Assembly (NCBI GenBank): GCA_010909165.1
Contig: MU008196.1
Span: forward strand, 496,001-560,000
Length of the DNA: 64,000 bases
DNA from: Anthoceros angustus
Lineage: Eukaryota; Plantae; Anthocerotophyta
Reading direction: 5' to 3'
Shown piece by piece: positions 12,607 to 23,400 of this stretch. How positions within the stretch are numbered: position 1 is the stretch's first letter; each line of letters starts with the position of its first letter. Position numbers and translations under genes: made by a program. The notes beneath the pieces are model-generated. The model was not told where the DNA came from. It made no database searches and was given only the letters and a program-made list of their open reading frames with translations.

Positions 12607-15600
12607 CTACAGAAGACAGTAGGCACAAGAGCAAAGAGTCGTACCATCATGGCCAATCGCACCTTGGGAGTGGGTATGGCGTTTGGTGGCCACTAAGTCC
12701 GCATCCTGTCCACCTTCAGGCTGTCTGGATAATAGTAGCACAGCAGGTTTTGGTGTTGAGCTTGACGTCATATGCTCGGTCTTGACCGGCAGGAGTTTAA
12801 TAAGGGAGGAAGATTGGGAGTCGTCAGTATCTAAAACAGAGTGCTGTTCCTTGCATGTGGAAATCTGCCTATTGAAACTGGTTTGAGTTCCAATATGAGA
12901 TGTCTGTATCGGGCTCTGAGTTAGAGGGACCGAATCCTGAACTTCCTCCATCCATCCAGTTTCTGTCTGCGTGGTAACATTTTCCACGTTTTCCTTCTCC
13001 TCGTTGTCACCTTCGTCCAGCTTGAAAACTGGGTGGAGATACACGTCCTGAAAATACTTCTTTGAATAGTCCAGATCTGCAAAATTTCCCCTATCGAGGA
13101 TGTCCTTAGCCATTGCTTCCTGCAGCAAGAAACAAAAAGTCTAGAACTTCAGCACTTCCCAAAGCACCCCCACGAACACCGTTTTCAGCAGTGCTGCAGG
13201 AGGAAACTACATGTACCTCCAGAGGATACTTCCGAAAAGCTGGCTCGAATCGACTTTTGCAGTAGAGATGGAAGAAGACGGTGAAAATAGGAAGGCCAAT
13301 GAGAAAAGGTGTCGACTCGGGGGCCTTTTTGCTTGCAAACAAACCGATCAATACCACGTGCTCTAATAGCAGAGATGCAACAACACGTCCGTGAATATGT
13401 GGCCAGAAAGCGCCAGCACTTTCGTAGTCCTGGTTGTACACATTTATCACCTGTTCAGGCAACACACAAATATAACTTGGCAAACTGAAGCTTGCAGCTG
13501 TGGGTCAGCACCATCTAATTTGTCATGCCAGCGGGAAGTACACTCATTGTGAAACGACAAGCGGAAAGAGTTACCTGGTGACGATAGACGACGTAACCAA
13601 ATGCAAAGAAAATCACTATGAATGGCATAATGAGGGGCGTAATCACTGAGTAAACTATTCCCATAAGAAAGTACAGTTCCAACTGAGGAAACGCTTCATC
13701 AAAGCCTGCATTTCCCGGAGCCATGGCCTCCTCCCTATCCCTGCCTGTTTTAACCATGAACATGTTCTTGAGGTGATACAAGATCAGCGGTTTGAACCGC
13801 ACAACTTCACCAGCTACAGCCGCCCACCCATCGACCATAATAAAAGTGATGAAAAAAGTGGCCTTCATGGGAATAGCAGTACCCAAGATGGTGGGGATGC
13901 TGTAAAAGAAGATATTTCTGTCATTTACAAGAAGAAACATGTCTACACTGTCAAAAAGATGAGAGAGTGGAACTTACTCGCTTGGAGGTTGCTTATACAA
14001 GGTCTGCAGTTGCTCAAATGCAGAACCTGCCAAAATACTCCCAAAGAATACATTAACAACCATGAAGTAGTACATCTTGGCTGCAGCCTTACGATCCAAC
14101 ACTGACAAAGCTAGCCAGCCTTCAATTTTTGACATTAGCATCAATAGATGCGGTAACAACAAAAGGAAAATCTTGAGGGCAAGCCCTGGCAAGAATCCTT
14201 GTAGAAAGGACTTCACCCAGGATCTGAAACAAATCATGACAGTTCCATATCAGTCTCAGGAATAAGCACAGCTCACAGTATGATCTAATGCAAGCAAGAT
14301 TCTCGTTCGCCCCTTCTATCTGCCAATGACTTCCTCATAAAATGTAGCATTTCATGCAATGCAGGCCAAATTAAGAACACTTGAAAGCATTGACCATGTA
14401 ACCCACCTTTCAACAACAGGTCGTAACCAACTTGCTTTCCTCTCTAGCCCGTCCAAATTGGCCAAAGATTGCACAATGGCAACAGGGATCATGAAAAAGA
14501 ACACAAGCAGGAAAGTTGCTCCAGCAATTAACCATCTTCGGATATACAATGATCCATACGGTATTGCAAGGTTGGGCCAGTAGACATCCCGAGGCTCTGG
14601 GGCCATCTCTGTTAACCAAGCTGTTGGATCCCTGGTTTGCTGTGTTTGAGCACAAACAGCTGCTCCCCAGCGAGTCTTAAAAGCAACGAAAGCAGCTGGC
14701 ATGATTGCATCCTCAGAGGCCAGCACATTTTCCCGCTCGGCTGCAATCTGTGGCTCAGAAAATGTTTTCAATTACCTTGCAAGACCTTAACCAAACTAAG
14801 AAGGACGAGCATGGAAAGTTCTAGGTACAGCCAAAGGACACGGAAGGAAGAGATTCCAATACTGCTTGAGGCAGAAAGACAGAAGAGTTGCATTTTGTTC
14901 AGAGGTGCCTGTTAAGATTTTCAGATAGTCACCACAGAGTGATTCATGATATGACACTTCTTCTACAACTGACCTCCAGCTTCAGCTGCTCTACTCTCGC
15001 CGAGTAGTGGGTGATTGCGTCAACCCGCTCACCCCAGAGCCCTCCACAACCAATCTGATAAAACGTTCAACGCTGTAGGGTTTAGCACGATACAAGAGAA
15101 AGGATCAAACTGGGAGGACAGCTAAAAGAAGCATGCTACTCTCAAATGCGGGTAGAAACTCTAGCAATGTGAAGCAACCAATGTTGTAATGTTTGTGACA
15201 AAACTAGAGGCCTACTCGCAGGGTTGGTCTTCGTCCTGGGCTTCTGGAGTACTTCAATTCTTCATAATCCAACCAGTTTTGTGTCTTTTCCTTCTTTTTT
15301 ACAATTCCAGCTAGTTTGTTTGCATCAACAGCCATCTGCACGAGACAATGGGAAACTTCAGCCAACCAACTTCAGTCAGCCAGGCAGGCAATTTTTGGCA
15401 AATCGCAAGACAGGCACCAGCAAACCTGGTGAGTGAGGTAATAATCTGGATGATTAGAGTGGAAATACTGGCCAATGCTTTGGCTTATTGACCCATTTCG
15501 TGGGGGCGGCACCTGACGCACTAACACCTGCAGGAAAGAAAACCCCTCAACAGAAGATCTGAGCGTTTAAGCTGTCAAATAAGCTTGCCCGAAGTACTGA

Positions 15601-16547
15601 AGCATGCATGTGACAAGCCAGAGCGATAGCTGGGGTTCAAGCTTCGACTGATTAGGACGCCTTGATTAAGTGCCAAAATAAGGAAGAGGCATGCGTACAG
15701 TAAATTGGTCTGGTCGATTTTCCTCTGCAGCCTTGAAACAGAGCCTCATGGCCACAACGTTCTTGTATTCCATGTATAACACAAAACACACCCATCCAGT
15801 ACACACGTATGACATGATAAGAGGGCCCCAAAGCCTGCAGGAGCGAAAAATCGTCAGCAGCGTATAGATGACTAGTTAGCAGAGAACCATGGGGCTTGCT
15901 GCCTCCAACCTTGGCGAAGCGTTTGCAATGTTAGACATGGAGAGCTTGTCTATGTCGCTGTAGAACAGAGTCTTGGTGTTGTTAACGGCTTGACTAGCAT
16001 CCACCAGTTGCTTGTCGGCCACATTGACCGGTACCAGTACAAAAAGGCCAAGTAGCATAATCGGAATAAACGTTTTGAGGCTGTTGCATTGTCAAGGCCA
16101 CGGTGACCAACAGTTCTTCTCACTCTCACAATTGATGTCAACCCACACAGGAATGCCCCACATACAGCATCTGCAGCAAAAGTTTCAAGTTTTTCTAAGG
16201 AGTGGAGCAGGAGCGGCTGAATGTACCCACCCAAGGGCGAAAATCCGCAGGAACACAGCAGAATCCAAGCCCGCATGCTGTATAAGCTCTTCTTCACTCA
16301 TTCGAAGAGCCGGCCGGCACCAGTCTAAAATCCCGAGGTACGCGCGATAGTCGAGGTTGAAAAACTTGGTGACAGTTCTGTCCAGCTTTTTGTTGCCCCC
16401 CTTGCGAAGTCCTTTGAGGTACAGCTTGGGAAAATAAACACGGTCATTCGCTGGCTGTGTCTTGAGCACTTTGAAGAGAAACAGAAACAGAAATGTGGTG
16501 AGGATGTTGATAGCCGCAGACAGGCCGATATCAGACACAGAGGCCAT
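12607..16547 (-). CDS. OSCA/CSC1 (ERD4/TMEM63 family) calcium-permeable mechanosensitive channel, ~11 exons
   Basis: MASVSDIGLSAAINIL..NDRVYFPKLYLKG, HAGLDSAVFLRI, AAFVAFKTRWGAAVCAQTQQ, APEPRDVYWPNL, KATFFITFIMVDGWA, YESAGAFWPHIH. GT-AG exons readable, e.g. 16547-16231, 16080-15910, 15834-15699, last exon from 13119. The true 3' end is less certain. Confidence 0.93.
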
Positions 16548-17148
16548 GTGTGCAGGCTGTCCCGCAACAGAGAAGCGAGCAAATGCTCGTTCCGCTTTGT
16601 TCCCTTAAACGTCGGGGTCTATTTCCACACATGTAGAAAGACGGATCGCATCCTGAGGGCAAGTTCAACGGCTATGTTTTTGAGAATTCCAAGTTCATTC
16701 CTTCTAACCCATCCTTGAAGGTCTCAATTTCAGACTGGATCTGGCTAACTCATGGTTACGGCTTAATTCGATGTTTGTGGGTAGTTTTGTTCCGCAAGCC
16801 ACGCCGTATCTCCCCAGCCAGCTGGGAAAAAGTTGGCGAAGTGTAGCTCGGAAGAACTCCAAGCATCGTTGACAGAAGCGGCCCGCCATATCTAACCAGG
16901 CATAGCGAGCTCTAAAAGGTGCGTGCTGGGAGAAGTCCGCGGGCGAGACTGCGAGTGTCGTTCCCCTCACGAACGGCCCCGCGGCAGCCAATAGGATGGA
17001 AGGGGCGTGGCAGTGGGGCAACATAGCATGGATGGGGCGCGCACTTGCCCGAGAAGAGCGAGTCGGGGTCGGATAGGTAAGAAACTCTCTACATGCACTG
17101 TAAATAGATTGAGTAAGTAACACCCCCTTTAGGGAGGTGGGGCAGTCA

Positions 17149-19780
17149 CGTTAGCGACAAAAATATCACCAGACACCAGCACTAGGCCTCCAAGTAGCCC
17201 GCCGTCCTTCCACGGGATGACTCGCAGTCAGCACGTCTGCCGCTGCTGTTTATTCCAGCAAGAGTCAACAAAAATATATGAGAGATCAGAGAGAGCTCCC
17301 CATCTTTGCCTAAGCTAGGAGCTTAGCTCTCTCCCCTCGATCTCCTCCTCAACAGCTCTCCTCTAGCATGCTCACACTCTAGGCTCCCAAGGCCTCTAGG
17401 CACCAAAGTCCTATCCTCAAGAGTGTAGCTCCCCCATGCTAGAATCACCAGATGCCCCTCTAGGGCTAGCCTCATCTCCTTATATAGGGAGGCTTACATC
17501 ATTTCCAAAGTAACTGCCTAAAGCAGACTTTCTTCCTTAAGCCCTAAGTTAAGTCTTACCACCACTACTTACAACTTACTAACTAGATCCGTGCATGCTT
17601 CTCATGCAAGGCTTACTTTCTCCCCATCGAAAAGAATCATCCTCGATGATAGCCAACGACGAGAGATCATCCAGATCCTTTACGAATATCCTCTAACGTT
17701 ACCCAAACCGGATCCGAGATCCCACGCAACTTTACCATATCTTGTACGATTCCACGCTTTGTAGGCACGCTACTCTCTGCAAGGAATTCCTCAATTTCCG
17801 CATCCTTGATTATCTTTGCGAGAACACTGCTTCTTCTTGTCCATGTCTTCTTTCTCTTTGCACACAAATGGTTTCGAGTGATACATGAAACACATTGTGT
17901 GCAAAAATCCATTCAGTTGTAACTTGTAAGCCACTTCTCCAATGCGCTTCAAGACTACAAATGGACCACCATATCTTGGCCTTAACTTAAGAGTTAATCC
18001 TTGAGGTAATGGGAAATGCTTCAATTTCACCCATACTTTATCCCCAACGTTGAAGATGCTTTCTCCGTGCCTATCAAAGATATTTCTTCCGACGTGCTTG
18101 AGCCTTGGCTAAAATTCCTTTGGCAATCTCATGCCTAGCCTTCAACCGCTCAATGAATCGGCGTGGATCTCTAGTGGTAGTATCGAAAACTTCAGCATTT
18201 AGCATGGATACCACGTCCGGTCTTGAATTCCTCCCATCTCAAAAGGACTACATCCAGAGGCGTATGCGGTGTTGTTATAACAAAATTACGCATCGTCTAG
18301 ATGATCCAATCCCTCGATCAATCGCACATAATGCCTTAAGTATTCTTCTTGGATTCGGTTGACTCGCTCGGTTGAGCCATCGATGTATCCGGATGGAAAG
18401 TGCTCATACATAATTCCACATTCAAGCATTTCATCAAATCTGCCAAAATTCTCTGTGAACCTTGGATCCTGTCACTCACAATGCATAGGTAAGCCATGGT
18501 ACTTGTATATATACTTCTTAAACAAGTGGCTACCTCGAAGGTCACTACTTCTTTGTAGGGATGAAATGTGCTTGTTTGGTGAATCTATCCACCATTGTCA
18601 TGATAGTACAACCATTCTTTGGGTGGCAAAGGCATGATAAAATCCATAGAGATACTCTTCCAAGGTCCACTTGAATAGGTAGGGGTAGCAAACCTCTTGG
18701 TTTAGCTTGCTCCACCTTATCTTGCCGACAAACAAAGACATGCCTTGACATAATCCACGTATCTTGATACATTCCGGCCAAGAAATGCCTTCCTTAGCTT
18801 CTCATAAGTGGGGTCAATTCCACGGTGACTGCACTTGGCACATCATGTCATTCAGAAGCAATTTGCTCTTCAACTCAAGAATTTGGGATCACAATCCTCC
18901 TCTTGTATATCAACAAACCATCCTCAATTTGAACTTGCTTCCTTTACGCTCTATTCCATTAATCCGCCTCGAACATCCGGATCCCGCAGATATGCTTCCT
19001 TGATCCGTTTGTGAGTGTCCATAGGTTCAACCAGCATTGCCATTGCCTTTACTTCCTGACTCTTTTTGCGACTCAGCGCATCCGCAACCTTATTCTCTTT
19101 TATAGGTTTGTACTTGAGAGTCACATTCTTTACTGTAATTTGATTCAGAGCTCTGTAATCTAAACACATCCTTAGTCCTCCATTCTTCTTGCGCGTAAAC
19201 AATACCGGCGCACCAAAAGGAGACTTAGAGACTCTGATATATCCCTTTGCCAGCTGGTTGGATAGTTGTCGCTTGAGTTCCTGCAGCTCATCCTGCGACA
19301 ATCTATGTGGTGCTCTCGACGGAGGCGTACTCCCTGGCCTCAATTCAATCTCATGATCTACTATTATGTGAGACGGTAAAGGTGGCAATTCATCAGGCAT
19401 CAAATCCTTAAAATCATCTAAGACAGCCTGTAATTCCTTTGGGATGTCTTTCTCTTATGAGGGTTCTTCCTCAAGACCATCCTCTAATCCCTGGAGCATA
19501 ACTAGATAAAGCTCCTTCTTCTGTCTTATGTCCTGCTTGAGCTCTCTTTTTGAAATCAACTATATTGAGCACATCTCAAGCCTCTGACTAAGATTAGCAC
19601 AAACCACCTTGTGCTTTCCATTCTTCAATATCTCAATGGTGCGGGACTTCACATCTACACGCACTTCATTGGATTTCATCCACTCTAGACCCAAGATAAC
19701 ATCATGGTCATCCATGTCTACAACTGTGAAACTCATGTATCCTTCCCACGCTTCTATTTTCTACTCCATGCAATTCACCC
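17149..19780 (-). mobile_element. Degenerate, internally deleted Ty3/Gypsy chromovirus with 3' LTR (~17149-17616)
   Basis: RT N-terminus ([30 protein letters not shown]) fused directly to NKVADALSR. Integrase VDRFTKQAHF, GPF..IGEVAYKLQL and a chromodomain remnant. PPT GATGGGGAGAAA before the LTR and a TATA-like CCTATATAAG in the LTR. Confidence 0.85.
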
Positions 19781-19789
19781 AAGAAAAGC

Positions 19790-20110
19790 AGAGTCTAACC
19801 TTAGTCTAAGTTAGGTGTGAGTTAAGTATCATTAGTTTAGCTTAAGCTAATCACTAGGAAGCTTCTTGTGCTCCTTCCTAGTGGCTTCTTGTGGAGCTTC
19901 CTAGGGAGCCCTGTTGGAGGGTATAAATACCCTCCAAAGCCTCATTTCAATGTGAGAGGGTTACTCTTGCCTCCTCCTCTCCTCTCCTCTTTCCACCATC
20001 ATGGGCTGCCATACGATCCTTCAACCGGTATCAGAGCCATGGCTTGGTTGTTTTGTGATGCTAGAATTTCTAACTGCAGAGATGGCAGCAGTTCGTGGAA
20101 TTGCAGGTGA
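19790..20110 (+). mobile_element. Partial LTR with TATA box and tRNA-iMet PBS, start of gag
   Basis: GTATAAATAC at 19921; ...CCTTCA followed by GGTATCAGAGCC (~20026-20038). Confidence 0.7.
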
Positions 20111-20119
20111 GCCACATCG

Positions 20120-20545
20120 CGGCGAGGGCTGCGAACGCCGCAGCAGGCCGTGAGCGGGGCGAGGCCGCGAGGCGCTGGCGCGGCCGCGAGGCCGCGGGCG
20201 CGGCCGTGGCGGGCGAGGCCGCGGCGAACACGGCGCTGGCGCGGCCGCGGCGAACACGGGCGGGCGAGGCCGCGAGGCCGCGGGCGCTGGCGCGCTGGGC
20301 AGAAAGCCGCGAGGCGCCGCGGCGGCGGCGCCGGCCAGGCGGGCGCGGCCGTGGCGGGCGAGGCCGCGAGGTCAGGCCGCGAGGCGCCGCGGGCGCGGCC
20401 GCGGCGGGCGCGGCCGTGGCGGGCGAGGCCGCGGGCGCGGCGGCGCCGGCCAGGCGGGCGCGACAATGATCACGGGCGCGGTGCCGCCAGCGCGCCACCC
20501 CGCTGCAGACTCCGCAGCCGTGAGCGGGCGAGGCCGCGAGGCGTG
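20120..20545. repeat. Extremely GC-rich degenerate tandem array (GGCGGGCGAGGCCGCG-type units)
   Basis: Repeated GCGGCCGTGGCGGGCGAGGCCGCG. Almost no A/T. Confidence 0.9.
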
Positions 20546-20593
20546 TAGAGCCCGGACGGAGAGGCTCGGCGGGCGCTCAAGAACCCGGCACCG

Positions 20594-20700
20594 ACATAAC
20601 CTGATGTGGACCTCCTTTTGTCCATATCCCCTGCATAATCAGCATCTGTGTACCCAACCACACATGCATCTTCACTACCAAAACATATGCACAAAGCTTT
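20594..20700 (-). pseudogene. Ty1/Copia RNase H N-terminal fragment
   Basis: VGYTDADYAGDMDKRRSTSGYV. Confidence 0.9.
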
Positions 20701-20704
20701 AACA

Positions 20705-22013
20705 ACGTGAGGGCCCAGTGGGTGAGGACGGACCTACGGGAAGTCCACGGGACGGGGAAGTCCAAGGGCCCGCGAGTCCGGACCCGAGGTCCGGACTCCA
20801 GAAGAGAGACCGGACCCCGAGGTCCGGACCCCAGAGTCGAGACCGGACCCCGAGGTCCGGACTCAGAGGAAGGCGGACCTCGAGGTCCCGACTCAGAGAG
20901 AGACTGACCCGAGGTCCGGACTCCAAGAGGAAGGCCGGACCCTGAGGTCCAGAGTCGAGACTGGACCTCGAGGTCCAGACTCAGGAGGCGAGAGGGAATC
21001 ACCAACCACCTGATCAGACGGAGCCATCTCTTCAGGGGCCCGCTGAACAAGGGCCCACCAGCGAGGCAAGAGAGGAGGGGGAGGAGGACTTGGTGGTGAC
21101 CGCCATTGTCAGGCCGCCGCCGGTGGCTCAGCCTGACAGAGTTTTGGGAAGGGGAAGGGGCCCCGCCTCGCGGATCATCCGATTGGGTGCGCCGCAGTTG
21201 TCAGGGCTAGGGCTTGGGCCGCTATGCACGTGAACCAGAGCAACCCCAAATTTCAATACGTGAGATAGGCTAATAGAGGGAAATAGTAGGCGGCGAGCTA
21301 GGGCCCACTGAGCTAGCCACCAGCTCAGAATAGGAGTGTAATAAAGACGCCGACCTTGGGCGTAGTATAAGAGGACCGGAGTTGCTCTAGTAAAGCATCT
21401 TTCTCTTGGGGTGGATACGCGTTTCCTTGTAGACCCTTGTGCGTCTTTTGCTAACGTGAGTCCTAAGTCACTGAGCAGGCACGACAGCCCTAGAGAGACT
21501 GATCAAGGTCCTAGTGACGGACCCTAACGTGTGGTGGTGTGTGCAGGAGTGGACGATCAGAGACCCTTGCTCTTCCAGAGCAAGGGTCTCGATCGCCTGT
21601 GACCCTGAGCTGGGGAACTCCTGGAGGGCGTGTAGAGCCCGGACGGAGAGGCTCGGCGGAACGGCGGAGGAGGTCCGGACCACGCAGCCCATCCACTCTT
21701 TTCCCAAGAACTGATGAGCGTATTGAGAGTGGTGAGGAGAACGGACTAGACGGACGAGGAACGGACTGATAGGGTACCGGACGCGAATCTACCTTAAACG
21801 CTTGGCCACACACCGGCCCGTCTCGCAAACGCAGAGTAGTTAGTCGTAGAACTGTGCACACGCGCGCTTAAGTCCAAAACGGCACTACGTAGAGGTGAGA
21901 ATCGGTTGAAAACGTGCCAAACGGAGCCTATCATTCTCTTGGGAACGGACCTCTTGCTACAACGACACGGGATTGTGCGCGCCCGACTGGCCGTCAGCGA
22001 AAGTTGCGCCACA
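20705..22013 (-). repeat. LTR family B copy (~1.3 kb) with internal ~30-bp GGACCCGAGGTCCGGAC tandem repeats
   Basis: Starts TGTGGCGC on the minus strand at 22013, truncating the RT to its right. Colinear with 48628-49830 (plus). Confidence 0.7.
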
Positions 22014-22479
22014 AAAATCCATTCTCATCCTTCTTTTTCGGAAGCACTGTCGCAGCTGCGTACTGCGAGTTAGATCGTCGAATCAGCCCTAGCTTGAGAA
22101 GCTCTTGGCATCGATTCTCAACCAAATCCCACTCAGCCTTGCTGAGCCTGTGCCTCCTGCGGAACACTGGTTCATCCGTGGTCAGTTCTATGTGGAACTT
22201 CCCTTTGGTGTACTTCCCCATCTCCGCAAGCGTGAAAGCAAACACATGTCGCGATGCCTCCAACAACTCCTTTAGCTGACGCCGTTGATTGCTCTTCAAC
22301 TCGATGCCTGTTAACCACTCATGTGGCTGTGGCTCAGATGGCTTGCACGCTTCCTCTACGTGCTCACTCTCCTTGCCCTCCAAACTCGCCTTCTCCTGTT
22401 GAGATGCGAGTGGAATGTCCTTCACCCACCGAACCGCTTCAACCCCGCCTTCTTCGGTTTGAAGTTGGTAGCGACTCAG

Positions 22480-23400
22480 CTAAACAACCAGTCATCATGT
22501 TCACGCCAAATGCTTGCCCAAGCAATCGACACCGTTCCTTCTCGGTCACTCCGGTGTCTTCGTGGCTCGATCAAATCCATGGCCAACTCCTCTCTGTGGT
22601 TGGCTCTCCCAAGGCCTCGCCATGTCATCCACCACAACGCCGGGCCATGGTTCCAAGGCGTAAGACTTGGACTTGGACACAAAGGTTGGCCAAGCCGCCA
22701 TGGGGTGTCCAGCGTGTTCACAGGGAAGTGCGGCAGCTTGTCAGTCTTGATGACTTGTTGGGCATGCCTTCCCGATGCTAGCACATCCTTGACAACATGA
22801 TTAGGTCGCTTGGTGAACGACCTCGCACACTTCAAATGTTCCAAGGGAGCAAGGTTAGTCCACATGGACCTCAACCTATGAGCCCTCGAACCAAATTGAG
22901 CTGCATCCAATAGAAGCTCCTGACCCAACACTCCTCGGATCGTGGCAAAGTCCTCCTGGACTTGCTTCTTCACGCTCATGCATGCTGGCACATTCTCCAA
23001 CATGTATCCACAAGGCCTTTCTTGCCCTTTCGGATCAAGCGCAAGATCCTCATCAGTCATAGAACAATGCTGTTCGTGGATCCTTCGACCTTGACCCTTG
23101 CGCAGAGGATAGTCCTTGACACTCCCAACTGCGATGACAAGGTCCACCGGTTGCCCAAGACAACTCAAATGGGACAACCCTATCATGCGAACATCCATCG
23201 GCGCCGGTAACCCTTCACCGACTCCCACGTCGAGGTTAGGTACTCCCCATCAAGTCTCTTACGGCCGTGACACAATCCTTGCTTTTGGATCCGGGTCACA
23301 ATGCACGATCTTCGCACTTTGATGCCACACTTTAGCACTGCCCAAGCCGATCGATGCCTCCAAAGAGTTCCACGAGCACTATGCCGCCTTCCCGAGGTCG
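22480..23400 (-). pseudogene. Retrotransposon-encoded C5 cytosine DNA methyltransferase domain (DNMT3-like), frameshifted in this sequence
   Basis: Motif I VELFGGI (23353-23373), III DVRMI, IV VDLVIA(G)WECQGLSSA (~23098-23148, needs a frameshift), VI YMLENV (22989-23006), VIII DAAQFGSRAHRLRSMWTNL (22851-22907), X RCRLLGQA (~22510-22535), all in canonical order. Confidence 0.85.

Noticed and set aside
19999-20548. Ala/Arg/Pro-rich ORFs in many frames
   Set aside because: They are a by-product of a stop-free GC repeat.
22480-23400. MTase as a bacterial restriction-modification gene or contamination
   Set aside because: It is colinear and co-oriented between retroviral-type protease and RT, has no endonuclease partner, and lies on a contig with spliced plant genes.
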